In this document: positions 28,101-37,527 of the stretch, piece by piece | Layout: every line of letters begins with the position of its first letter | Position numbering within the stretch: position 1 is the first letter of the stretch | IMG/VR virus record: IMGVR_UViG_3300028888_003544 | Strand: one strand, 5' to 3' | DNA: 64,000 nt | Source: an uncultured virus (IMG/VR IMGVR_UViG_3300028888_003544) | Taxonomy: Duplodnaviria > Heunggongvirae > Uroviricota > Caudoviricetes | Notes under the pieces: generated by a model | Seen by the model: the letters and a program-made list of their open reading frames with translations, nothing else | Databases searched by the model: none | What the model was told of the DNA's origin: nothing | Program-made: the position numbers and the translations under genes

Positions 28101-29465
28101 TTAAAAAATATATTCTTCTTCGTCAGTCTGAGGTGTGTCAGCTTCCATAAACATCACGTAATAGACGGGCATATACGTCACTTTGCCTTCTTGATATACC
28201 TTGCGCTCGTTGGAAATTACAGTGGCTGCAAGGACATTGTACTCAGGAACTTTCAGAAGATTGTTGAGCGCACTATGCTCCGTGTAGTCCTTGCCCGACT
28301 TGACTTCAATCGGGTGGGCACTCATCGTGGTGTGGTTGTCAATTAGATAGTCCACCTCGCCCTGCTTGCGGTTGTCGTAATAGTAGAGCTTATGCCCATG
28401 TGCGCGAAGTTCCTGGGCCACCACATTCTCATAGACGGAACCGAGATTGATGCTCCGGATATCGTCAAGAACGGGACGGATGTTGTTTCGATAGAGTATG
28501 CCAGTAAGGAGGCCCACGTCGTTCAGATAAAGCTTCAGAAGGTTTTTCTGGAGTGACTCACTCAATGGGAAATGAGGGTTGGAGATGGCATTAACGGCCA
28601 AGGAAATACCTGATGATATCAGGTACTCGAACTCTTCCTTATACTGGTCGAAACGGTCGCCCTTCTTGTCACGGATGTTTTGAACCACCACACGTTTCTT
28701 CTTGTTTTCCATCTGCGAGGGAATCATCTCATAGATTCGGCGTATGAGCAACTTCTTATTGTGCTCTTTCTCGTACTTGGAAGCATCGCTGGCATAAAGG
28801 CTACGGATGCCATCCTGTACCTCACGCACCTTCACAATGTTATGCGTTTCGAGGTAGGTGTTGACGGCATCGGGCAGACCGCCTACCAGCAGATAGCGAC
28901 GGAACAGGTCGAGCACATGGTTATGGTGCTCTTCCGAAAGGCTCTGGCGGTTCTCGTAGGACTTGCGAAGCATGTCAATGGCCTCCGTGCCGAAGCCGTT
29001 GGCAATCAGGAACTCCTCGAAATCGAGCTGGAACATATCCTTGATGGTGATGCTGCCTACTGGAATGGAGGTGGTGTCTTTCAGGGTGATACCCAACAGA
29101 CTGCCACTGGCGATATAGCGGTAGCGGTTATCCTCACGCAGGAACTTCAGCATGGTGAGGTACTGCGGATAGTGCTGGATCTCGTCGAGGAACACCAGTG
29201 TATCATCGCGATTGTTGAGTTTGTCGCCTGCCACCATGCTAAGGGTCAGGTAGAAGTCCTCTTTCTTGTGGATGTTCTTGAAGAGCTGCTCACCCTCATC
29301 ATCCTCCACGAAGTTGATTTCTACGAAGTTCGGGTAGAGACGTGTACCCACCTCACGAATACTGAACGACTTGCCTATCTGGCGGGCTCCCTCCAGTATC
29401 AGAATCTTGTCATTATCGGACTTCAGATAGTCATCAATGTACGATATAATCTTCCTGTACAGCAT
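28101..29465 (-). CDS. AAA_14 ATPase with DUF4143/PD-(D/E)XK C-terminus
   Basis: GARQIGKS, FLDEIQ, ASGS, VGGLP, KLYLNDVGL, EVDY...PIEVKSG. Confidence 0.9.
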   Translation of the reverse strand: MLYRKIISYIDDYLKSDNDKILILEGARQIGKSFSIREVGTRLYPNFVEINFVEDDEGEQLFKNIHKKEDFYLTLSMVAGDKLNNRDDTLVFLDEIQHYPQYLTMLKFLREDNRYRYIASGSLLGITLKDTTSIPVGSITIKDMFQLDFEEFLIANGFGTEAIDMLRKSYENRQSLSEEHHNHVLDLFRRYLLVGGLPDAVNTYLETHNIVKVREVQDGIRSLYASDASKYEKEHNKKLLIRRIYEMIPSQMENKKKRVVVQNIRDKKGDRFDQYKEEFEYLISSGISLAVNAISNPHFPLSESLQKNLLKLYLNDVGLLTGILYRNNIRPVLDDIRSINLGSVYENVVAQELRAHGHKLYYYDNRKQGEVDYLIDNHTTMSAHPIEVKSGKDYTEHSALNNLLKVPEYNVLAATVISNERKVYQEGKVTYMPVYYVMFMEADTPQTDEEEYIF

Positions 29466-29472
29466 GGCAATT

Positions 29473-29551
29473 TACACTTTTCAATAACTTTTGGCAGTCA
29501 AAAACTACACTTTTCAATAAAATTTAGTGCTGCAAAATTACACTTTTCAAT
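29473..29551. repeat. Three direct repeats TACACTTTTCAAT (29473, 29506, 29539; 33-bp period)
   Basis: Seen directly; the third copy overlaps the minus-strand TAATTTTG box. Confidence 0.8.
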
Positions 29552-29593
29552 CGAAACGACCAAACAAATCGACGAAAAAGTACGAAAATAACA

Positions 29594-29992
29594 TCAAGAA
29601 AGCAGTGCAATGGCCTGCTTGATGCCGTCCATCAGGGCCTGATCGTAGGACTTGCGGGGATGGGTATCACGGCTTAACCCATCGGAAAGCCGGATGAGAC
29701 GGCAATAATAGTCGCCCGTGTTCTGGAAGAAGGTATCGCGGCAGACCAATAATTCGAGGTGTTTCTTCCGGCGCAGCCAGTCCTGGACGGCTGATATAGT
29801 GGGTGCTGAATAGCATCTGGCACCGCGACCGCGCGTTTCCTTGGGGGCATTGTAGTCTTTCAGTTCCAGGGTGTCGCCTTCGGCATTCTGTAAGTGGCCA
29901 TCCACATCATAGTATGATAAGGTTGGTTCCTTGAATCCCAACTTCCACAACTGTCGTGCCATGACCTTATCTACTACTATCTGCTTGAGCAT
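29594..29992 (-). CDS. Hypothetical protein (phage-like)
   Basis: A..L..LGF...SAPT...V.DWLR pattern. Confidence 0.7.
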   Translation of the reverse strand: MLKQIVVDKVMARQLWKLGFKEPTLSYYDVDGHLQNAEGDTLELKDYNAPKETRGRGARCYSAPTISAVQDWLRRKKHLELLVCRDTFFQNTGDYYCRLIRLSDGLSRDTHPRKSYDQALMDGIKQAIALLS

Positions 29993-30130
29993 ACCAACAC
30001 CTTTTGGGTTGCAAAGGTACGAATTTATTTTGAATTGGCGGTATTCTATGGCATCTTTGATGCAATTTAACGCGATTTACGTTGTGCTGCATCTTGACCG
30101 CCTGACATCTCGCAGTTTTTTCCTGTCAGG

Positions 30131-30347
30131 GTTACTCGGTTCTTAACACCTTTACGGGTGCAAAGTTAGCAGAATGCGCAATCCACCAATAACCAGTCGC
30201 TGGCTCCCTATCCAGAGGAATTTTTCGCAGCAGACTTCCCAAATGCGCGTATTTGGGTATTCTGCGAAAAATTGCACTGGATTTCTTGGATTTGATTGCT
30301 TGACCATTCCGCACTTTCAGCACCAGTAAAGGTTAAACCGCGATAAC
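30131..30347. promoter_or_regulatory. Long imperfect inverted repeat, Frpo/ssi-like ssDNA promoter candidate
   Basis: Nested arms CCTTTAC/GTAAAGG, GCAATC/GATTGC, AATTTTTCGCAG/CTGCGAAAAATT, CCCAAAT/ATTTGGG; upstream of radC. Confidence 0.6.
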
Positions 30348-30451
30348 GCAGACAATGAATTAAAAAAAACTACGTGTCAGGCAAGATGAACCTGAACAAA
30401 AAAGTAAGGTTTCCCGTTCCTCCGTAGGCAATAAAATCAAGTTCAACAGTT

Positions 30452-31153
30452 ATGCAGACAGCAACATTAAAGAGAATGCCGATTTCTTCATGGAGTGTGG
30501 AGGATAGGCCGACAGAGAAGATGCAGAAATTAGGTGTCAACGCCCTCACGGATGCTGAACTCCTGAGTGTTATCATCGGGTCAGGTACGCATAAGGCTTC
30601 GGCAGTAGATATTGCCAAGAACCTATTGGCCGACCATCAGAACAACCTCAATGAACTGGGTAAGGCTGAGTTCTATGAGATTTGCGAGACGGAAGGTATC
30701 GGCACCAGTACGGCTTGTCGTATCATGGCGGCCATCGAGTTAGGAAAGCGCAGGCAGATGGCGCAGATGGGTGACCATCCTGACCTGTCAACAGCTTTCA
30801 GAGTGCATCAGTTCATGCGCCCGTTCTGCCAGGATCTCAAAGTGGAGGAAGCCCATTTGCTCCTGATGAACCAGAACTACCGACTGATTAAGCACATCAA
30901 ATTGTCGCAGGGCAGCATTACAGAGACCTTGATGGACGTTCGCCTGATTATGAAATATGCAGTACTCAATAACGCTACCATCCTGACTGTCTGCCATAAC
31001 CACCCCTCGGAGAACACTTGCCCCAGCAGGATGGATGACGAGATAACAAGGGCCATCCAGAATGCCTGCAAGCTGATGCGCATCCATTTCGCCGACCATG
31101 TAATCGTATGTACTGAGAACTATTACAGCTATCGGGAGAACGGCAAGGTATAA
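30452..31153 (+). CDS. radC: RadC-family JAB-domain protein
   Basis: DRPTEK, LTDAELL, EGIG, HNHPS...PS.MD...T, DHVIV. Confidence 0.9.
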   Translation: MQTATLKRMPISSWSVEDRPTEKMQKLGVNALTDAELLSVIIGSGTHKASAVDIAKNLLADHQNNLNELGKAEFYEICETEGIGTSTACRIMAAIELGKRRQMAQMGDHPDLSTAFRVHQFMRPFCQDLKVEEAHLLLMNQNYRLIKHIKLSQGSITETLMDVRLIMKYAVLNNATILTVCHNHPSENTCPSRMDDEITRAIQNACKLMRIHFADHVIVCTENYYSYRENGKV

Positions 31154-31189
31154 ACAAAATCAATTCATAACATATAAATAAATACAACA

Positions 31190-31522
31190 ATGAACAAGTG
31201 CGTAAAAATCACATTCCAGCCTATTATCTGGAGAGACGAGAATCTGAACAATGCAAGTGCAGGGATAGGCAACACGACATGCCATGTGTTCGGTGAGACC
31301 AAGGAACAGTTATTCGAGAACATCAAGCAAAAGATATGGGCGATGTCCTCAGAGGCCCGTATCCTCGACGAGGAAGTGGCAGCAGAGTATAACCAGTGGA
31401 TTGCCGACAGTTGGAAGGCAAAGAGCGTACCGGCAGAAATCAAGAACATGGGAATGCGGGATATGCGCTATGCCCTTCCCTACTCCAAAGAGTTCAAACA
31501 ATGGCTCAGAAAACATAACTGA
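31190..31522 (+). CDS. Hypothetical protein
   Basis: In the radC operon. Confidence 0.6.
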   Translation: MNKCVKITFQPIIWRDENLNNASAGIGNTTCHVFGETKEQLFENIKQKIWAMSSEARILDEEVAAEYNQWIADSWKAKSVPAEIKNMGMRDMRYALPYSKEFKQWLRKHN

Positions 31523-31523
31523 T

Positions 31524-31772
31524 ATGGTGAACATCAATGGATTCGACTTCTATGAGGAACCGGGCATCTGTGGAACATGCCCCTTCCTCATTACTGGCAA
31601 TACCAGCGTGCCAGGCACTTCCTGTCATAGCGACCGAGGCCTGTGCATCCAGTGGAATGAGGCGCATCACACATGGGCCAACATACCACGCCGATGCAAG
31701 AAGCTCTTCAAAAGTGCCTTTGCGCTATACAATGACAGCGGAGAAACATTAGTAATAACCAAGAAGAAATAA
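31524..31772 (+). CDS. Small Cys-rich hypothetical protein
   Basis: MVNINGFDF...CGTCPF...C...C; start 1 bp after the previous stop. Confidence 0.55.
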   Translation: MVNINGFDFYEEPGICGTCPFLITGNTSVPGTSCHSDRGLCIQWNEAHHTWANIPRRCKKLFKSAFALYNDSGETLVITKKK

Positions 31773-31777
31773 AGTAT

Positions 31778-32098
31778 ATGAAAACGATTATTTGCAAATT
31801 CAAGTCTGATGGTACAGTCATTAGAAAGACGGCCGTCATCAATGATTCGCTGGACACCCTCAGTAAATCCAAAAGAAACGAAGCAACTGACATCATTGAG
31901 CCTGACACACTTGACTTCGAGGGATGGTGTATCTACTTTGAGATAACAGACACGCTTGCCTATGAAGTCATGTTCGTATATGACCAGGAGAACGGCATCA
32001 AGACACTGAAACCAGTCAAGGCCATCACATGGGATGGGTCTGACATAGACCATGTAGCCATTATCGATGTACAAACAGTAAGCGTCACAATTCGTTAG
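31778..32098 (+). CDS. Hypothetical protein
   Basis: In the radC operon. Confidence 0.6.
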   Translation: MKTIICKFKSDGTVIRKTAVINDSLDTLSKSKRNEATDIIEPDTLDFEGWCIYFEITDTLAYEVMFVYDQENGIKTLKPVKAITWDGSDIDHVAIIDVQTVSVTIR

Positions 32099-32162
32099 GA
32101 AATAAAAGTGTTAAAATGCCGACAGATGCGAGGATATTGTTAATTTTGCAACCATTTAAACA

Positions 32163-32774
32163 ATGATGAAAATGAAGAAACTTATGCTTTTACTGATGCT
32201 GATGGTGGCAATGCCATCGACAGCCCAGAACACAGATAACCCATTCCCCAAGAAGGGCTATAAGGTCAAGTGGATCAAGAGAACGCCACATGGCTTTGAG
32301 TCATACACTTGCACTATCAGGAAGTTCGAGGATAGCGACACCATCTACTATATGACTTATACCCCACCCGACCTGCAGCCCTATTGTGTATGTTTCAGCC
32401 TGATACACCAGAAAGGGGCAGAGATGATTGCTGATGCAATGAAGCATCGGAATAAGAGCGACCGTATCAAATGGATAAAGGGCTATTTGAGATACACCCA
32501 CGCCAGCCAGGTAGATCCTGTCAACAGGTACAACGACTATTGGACTTACTTCAAGCCCAAGATATGGGAGAGAACACTGGTCAAGAACTTCTCGTTATCC
32601 GCAGCCCTTTACGCCTACAACAGAGACCGGGCTAAAGATGCAAGGTGGGCTGACACCACGCCAGAGCAATGGCTACAACTCTATCAGGCTGCAAAGGTAA
32701 TCCTGCCGCTGATGGGAGCCGGAGAAGATACGAAAACCCTCTATGACAAGATCTGTACCGAGGTTGGCTATTGA
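32163..32774 (+). CDS. Secreted hypothetical protein
   Basis: Sec signal peptide ending STA-Q. Confidence 0.7.
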   Translation: MMKMKKLMLLLMLMVAMPSTAQNTDNPFPKKGYKVKWIKRTPHGFESYTCTIRKFEDSDTIYYMTYTPPDLQPYCVCFSLIHQKGAEMIADAMKHRNKSDRIKWIKGYLRYTHASQVDPVNRYNDYWTYFKPKIWERTLVKNFSLSAALYAYNRDRAKDARWADTTPEQWLQLYQAAKVILPLMGAGEDTKTLYDKICTEVGY

Positions 32775-32812
32775 CACACCAAAGTATTTAATCTTTAATA
32801 AAGAAGAAATAT

Positions 32813-33304
32813 ATGATAGATAAAATACTGTCCTTTACCGCCTTTATAATCCTATGGGCCATCCTCTTCATTGGATTGGTGATAGTACCCAGGGAGAAAA
32901 GAAAGGATGTCCCCCGTACCAAGCAGCCCAAGGACAAGGTGCCAAAGTTACGCAAACCGTCAGAGAAACCCCTGAAGAAGGAGACCACTCGTGCTGATAA
33001 GGAACGGAAAGAAGAGAATAAGCGCCAAGAGAAGGAGGATAAAACCCGCCGCAAGCGTGAGAAGGAATTGACCAATAAGCAAATGCAGGAAAGGGAAGCA
33101 CTGGAGCGTAAGACCCGTGAAGAGAAACGACGCAAGGAGGCTGAGAGGAAAGCCCGCGAAGAGGAAGAACGCAAACGGGATCGTGAACGTAAGAAGAAGC
33201 GTGAGCGCGAACGTCGCAGACGGGCAGAGGAAGACCGCAGGAAGCGCGAATACGAAGCGATGCTCTATGACGAGTACCGCCGTCAGCAAGGGTTCAGCTC
33301 ATAA
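32813..33304 (+). CDS. Membrane-anchored E/K/R-rich helical protein
   Basis: N-terminal TM segment followed by a charged tail. Confidence 0.65.
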   Translation: MIDKILSFTAFIILWAILFIGLVIVPREKRKDVPRTKQPKDKVPKLRKPSEKPLKKETTRADKERKEENKRQEKEDKTRRKREKELTNKQMQEREALERKTREEKRRKEAERKAREEEERKRDRERKKKRERERRRRAEEDRRKREYEAMLYDEYRRQQGFSS

Positions 33305-33307
33305 GAC

Positions 33308-34327
33308 TCACGGTTGTACGAGTCGGTCATAACGGAAGAGCTGGTATTTGCGGATAATCTGTTCGCAGAGCTGGACATAATCCCTGGCAGTGGCGTAGCC
33401 TGCGGCCTTCAGGGCCAGGAGCCAGTGGTGATAGTCGGTAGAGGGATAGCTATGACAGCGTTTGTAACGGTCGGACATCAACAGTCGAGAATGATGGTCG
33501 ATGCTCTCCTCGACGGTGGCGTAGTTGCAGAACTTCTCATCTGGCTTATCGTCATTGTGCAGACTATAGGGTCTGCCCTCGGCCAGCCACTGCGAACTAC
33601 ACTTAATACCGAAGTAGTTATTACCCTTGCGAGCCAGGTCTGAACGGCCCCAATCGCTCTCAAAGGCCATCTGTGCCAATGTCACTGAGGCAGGGATGCC
33701 ATACTGTCGCTGTTGTTCCATGGCGGCAGGGGCATAGTGCGAGAGGAACGTCTTACGATCCATCCGCTGGTGCTGGCTGATACTGTCGATGTCGGCAGTA
33801 ACACCCTCGCCCAACAATGCCGTACAGGCTTCTGCCCTCACGTCCCCTATATATAATAATAATGTATAGGGGTCGGTCAGTGTGCCCTTATAGCGGCAAG
33901 TGATATGTAGATGACTTCCAGTGGAACGCCCGGTATTCCCGCTGATGGCCACCACGTCACCGGCAATCAGTTCGTCGCCCTCACTGACCCTGACCTTCGA
34001 CAAGTGGCAGTAGCTGATGGTGTATTCCCCATGCTGCAGCACTACATAGTTGCCTGAGCGAGGGTCAGCACCAACCTTCTTCACCTTGCCATCGAACATG
34101 GCATAGACCTCTTCATAATAAGCTTTCAGGTCAAGACCGTTGTGTGAGGCCTTGGCTCCAGTAAACGGATCACGGCGAGTACCAAACGGTGAATTGACCT
34201 TTACATGCTTCAACGGATACGATACACTCAGGTATCGCTGAATCCAAAAATCTCTGTCCGCCGCCCACGCTTGGGCTGACAGACAGAGCAGGATAACGCA
34301 TAAAATGAGTGAACAAAATCTTCTCAT
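33308..34327 (-). CDS. Secreted M23 peptidase + GH73 glucosaminidase
   Basis: Signal peptide; HNGLD, HLH; IPASVTLAQ...ES, NNYFGIK, GYAT. Confidence 0.9.
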   Translation of the reverse strand: MRRFCSLILCVILLCLSAQAWAADRDFWIQRYLSVSYPLKHVKVNSPFGTRRDPFTGAKASHNGLDLKAYYEEVYAMFDGKVKKVGADPRSGNYVVLQHGEYTISYCHLSKVRVSEGDELIAGDVVAISGNTGRSTGSHLHITCRYKGTLTDPYTLLLYIGDVRAEACTALLGEGVTADIDSISQHQRMDRKTFLSHYAPAAMEQQRQYGIPASVTLAQMAFESDWGRSDLARKGNNYFGIKCSSQWLAEGRPYSLHNDDKPDEKFCNYATVEESIDHHSRLLMSDRYKRCHSYPSTDYHHWLLALKAAGYATARDYVQLCEQIIRKYQLFRYDRLVQP

Positions 34328-34421
34328 TGGATAATGTTTAATTGTACAAAAATGGATAAATTTTACGAGTGCAAAGGAACACATTTTCATCGGAACCCAA
34401 TGCCAATATAAATTTTGTTCC

Positions 34422-34469
34422 CTGAATTAACAACTCACGATGTCATTCTTTCGTGAAACGTTAATTCAC
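34422..34469. promoter_or_regulatory. Two copies of a GTGA-N3-GTTAATTCAS box serving divergent promoters
   Basis: 34422-34438 and 34453-34469; same spacing to the -7 box as the copy at 50396. Confidence 0.65.
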
Positions 34470-34548
34470 GAACTAAAATTTCATCTGACTGCCCGTCTCA
34501 CCACAAAGCCATACCTTTGCAGCACATTTACAAAAACTGAATAGACAA

Positions 34549-35313
34549 ATGGCAAACAAAGAACATTTCAAGCAAGAGGAAATTCCATACGGAATCCTTG
34601 CGAAGTTTGGTCTCACTCAGGAAATGATTGAGGACCTTCCACAGAACGTGATACACCGTCTGCTTTCATCGCGTACCACGCCCGTGTTACCTATTGTTAC
34701 TGAGAATATCGACGGCGAGACAATTCTGTCATACGCCCGTATCTCACTCATCCGTCTGGATGACGGCTCAGTAGATGTGTACTTCATTCCCAAATGGGTG
34801 GACGAAGATCTGGAGGAGTTCAGCATCGACCAGCAGGAACAGCTGAAAGCTGGTCGCGTCGTTAAGGCAGACCTGGGGAAAGAAGGACGCTGCTTTGTGC
34901 AGTTCGACGAGGTGATCAATCAGGTGATGGCCGTTCCCGTGGAGATTATCAACCAAAACATTTCCATCCTGTCACGTACACTTTTCCTTTCCGACGCTGA
35001 CAAGGCCCTGTTGGAGGATGGCGGCATCGTGGAAATGGAAATCCATCATCAGAACATCAGTGCAGGCATCGACCTGAACGAACTCACCGGCATCCGTATC
35101 TCTGATGGCGACAGTATCGCATGGCGTGAGGATGCCAAGGTAGATAGTCTGCCACGATATAACTTTGGGCTCTTCGGTTGCTGGGTATGCGGTGACGACA
35201 ACACGCTCAACTATATCTCTGAAGATGACTATACTGAAGAGATCCTGGACGAGCAGAAGCGTACACAGTCGATGAATGCCGCTAAGGCTCAGTTGAGCCA
35301 ACTAAAAGTATAA
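34549..35313 (+). CDS. DUF4099/DUF3945-like conjugative-element protein
   Basis: F..EEIPY..L.KFGLT.EMI.DLP N-terminus. Confidence 0.65.
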   Translation: MANKEHFKQEEIPYGILAKFGLTQEMIEDLPQNVIHRLLSSRTTPVLPIVTENIDGETILSYARISLIRLDDGSVDVYFIPKWVDEDLEEFSIDQQEQLKAGRVVKADLGKEGRCFVQFDEVINQVMAVPVEIINQNISILSRTLFLSDADKALLEDGGIVEMEIHHQNISAGIDLNELTGIRISDGDSIAWREDAKVDSLPRYNFGLFGCWVCGDDNTLNYISEDDYTEEILDEQKRTQSMNAAKAQLSQLKV

Positions 35314-35351
35314 GGATGTTTTTTGCATATTATTCATAGAATTAGATTTTT

Positions 35352-35390
35352 AGAGCCGTGCTGCCTGAGATAGGTCGCACGGCTCTTTTT
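35352..35390. terminator. Intrinsic terminator between convergent genes
   Basis: AGAGCCGTGC/GCACGGCTCT + TTTT. Confidence 0.7.
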
Positions 35391-35397
35391 AGATGGG

Positions 35398-36000
35398 TCA
35401 CTTCTTTTCCAGCGTCCAAGGCTTGACTTCGGTGACTCTGCAGTCGAGGGTAATGGCATCGTTATAGACACCGAACTGCACTGGTCCCTTCGCATCGATA
35501 TAGGTGCCGGGCTTCAGAAAATCCTCGTTCTGTGGGTCGAAATAGAGGAAATTGACCCAGGTGAACTCAGCCACGTCCTTGGTCTTATCGACTGAGAAGG
35601 CGCTAAAGACAAGGAAGATCTTACCGTTCTTGTCCTCCTTCAGCTCTACATCCTTCTTGCCGAGTTTGCCACGGAAAGAGAGGACACCCTCGATAGCATC
35701 AGTGCCGTCATTGGTCAGTTCAACACTTTCTGGACGCAGATAGCAGCACGTCTTACCGTTATGCTTCTGGATGCTCATCTCACCGGCGAGGTTCACACGA
35801 CGGCCAACGGTCAGTTCAGACACGTTCCCCTTGCTTGGGGCCATCATCACATTGATGGAGAGCTCTTTCGTCTCACCATTCTTGCCAGTGATAGGCAGTA
35901 CAACACCACAAGAAAGATAGCTTGCGCCCTTCTTGTCCTTCTTCACACTTGCTGCGCGATTGATGGTAGCGCAGACTTTCAATTCTTCAATCTTAATCAT
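35398..36000 (-). CDS. Tandem OB-fold, SSB-like protein
   Basis: Two SSB-like halves (KDKKG...GRRVNLAGEM; EDKNG...TWV...LKPGTYIDAKG). Confidence 0.55.
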   Translation of the reverse strand: MIKIEELKVCATINRAASVKKDKKGASYLSCGVVLPITGKNGETKELSINVMMAPSKGNVSELTVGRRVNLAGEMSIQKHNGKTCCYLRPESVELTNDGTDAIEGVLSFRGKLGKKDVELKEDKNGKIFLVFSAFSVDKTKDVAEFTWVNFLYFDPQNEDFLKPGTYIDAKGPVQFGVYNDAITLDCRVTEVKPWTLEKK

Positions 36001-36051
36001 AACTATAAATACTTTAAAACTATAAAACTTATATTTCTATTCTCAATTTGT

Positions 36052-37515
36052 CTAAGCCAGACGCTGGCCTGTATTCCTCTGCTCTTCCGGGTACTCCGCA
36101 TCGAAGTTCATCATGGCAGTCTCACGGGCCACAACGGGGTCGACGGACTCGCGCTGACGTCTGATCAGGGTGGCAGCCTTTTGCTGTTCCGTCTGTTCCT
36201 GCTGCTGAACGGCTTTCACCTGTTCACTGGAGGTTTCGTCATTGCCTGTATGGTCAAGCAAGACAGCCATGCCTATGGCAGAGGTGAACAGACCCGATAT
36301 CAGGCTGGTAAAGAGGTCACCACCTTGCTGGTAGGCATTCTCATTCGCCTGGTTCTGGCCCATCAGATAGGCCAAGAGCGTATTCGGGTCATTGCTGCCC
36401 GTCTGTTGCGTGAGCTGTGCGCCAGCCTGGGCATTCTGCTGCTGTTGGGGAGTCAGCTGTGTCTGGGCTAATAACCTGTCTGCCTGAGTAGGAGATGTAT
36501 CTACCCCACTCTTCAGACTGGCCAGCAGGTCAGTGTTGGTTCCTTTCTTCAGTACCGTCGCAGTCAGATTACCACGGACGGCAATCTCTGCGAGATAGTT
36601 CAGCGGATCAACGGTCTTCATCTCTGTGGCTCCTGCAGCCTGAAACTTCACGGTCAGATGCAGGTGGGGGCCTGTACTGTTGCCTGTATTCCCAGACACG
36701 CCAAGCTTTTGCCCGGCATTCACCACATCGCCCTGTTTCACGGCCACACTATCCAGATGACAGTAGGACACGCGCCATTTGGCACCATCAACACGGTCGT
36801 ACTCCACAACAGCGTAGTTGCCACTGGCTTTGTCGTTTCCGACCGTAACTACTCGGCCCTGGTTCTCTGTGGCCAGCACATCCTCATACTTCGCCCGTAG
36901 GTCAATGCCGTTATGTGCATGGCTCCTGTAACTGGTAGGTGAAAGACCGAAGCCATCGGACATGACCATATTTTCACCAGCGAGAGGAAAAGAATAGCCC
37001 TGAGTCGTAGCCAGCAGCATCGTCTGTTGCTCTACTATTCGTGGCAAGGTCTTCGCCTGTTGGTCGTACTTGGTCAGACCATACGCCTCGATGTCTGCTA
37101 TCAGCATGTTGGCGTAGTTGCGATTGGTGGCATAGCCAGCCGCCTGCAGGCCGTTGACCCATCCGCGATAGTCATCATCCGCACACCGGCGACAGGCTGC
37201 ATAGCGGTTGCCCATCAGGAACTGCGAGTGGTGATTGATGCTCTCCTCGACAGTGGCGTAGTTACAGAACTTTTCATTCGGCTTATCATCGTGATGCAGA
37301 CTGTACGGCTTGCCCTCGGCGAGCCACTGCTGGCTGCACTTGATGCCGAAATAGTTGTTGCCTGACTGTGCCAAGTTCGACTTACCTCCAGCCGACTCGA
37401 TATACATCTGCGCCAACGTCACTGAGGCAGGAATGCCATATTTCTGCTGCTGTGCCATGGCCAGAGGTGCATAGCGCTCAAAGAACGCCACCTTTTCTTG
37501 ATTCAACTTTCCCAT
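36052..37515 (-). CDS. GH73 glucosaminidase + M23 peptidase + Gln-rich tail
   Basis: IPASVTLAQ, NNYFGIK, GYAT, then HNGID, YCHL, GPHLH. Confidence 0.9.
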   Translation of the reverse strand: MGKLNQEKVAFFERYAPLAMAQQQKYGIPASVTLAQMYIESAGGKSNLAQSGNNYFGIKCSQQWLAEGKPYSLHHDDKPNEKFCNYATVEESINHHSQFLMGNRYAACRRCADDDYRGWVNGLQAAGYATNRNYANMLIADIEAYGLTKYDQQAKTLPRIVEQQTMLLATTQGYSFPLAGENMVMSDGFGLSPTSYRSHAHNGIDLRAKYEDVLATENQGRVVTVGNDKASGNYAVVEYDRVDGAKWRVSYCHLDSVAVKQGDVVNAGQKLGVSGNTGNSTGPHLHLTVKFQAAGATEMKTVDPLNYLAEIAVRGNLTATVLKKGTNTDLLASLKSGVDTSPTQADRLLAQTQLTPQQQQNAQAGAQLTQQTGSNDPNTLLAYLMGQNQANENAYQQGGDLFTSLISGLFTSAIGMAVLLDHTGNDETSSEQVKAVQQQEQTEQQKAATLIRRQRESVDPVVARETAMMNFDAEYPEEQRNTGQRLA

Positions 37516-37527
37516 TGCTATTCACTT

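Noticed and set aside
32960..33300. Purine-rich repetitive tract as a DNA repeat
   Set aside because: Explained by E/K/R codons of a charged helix
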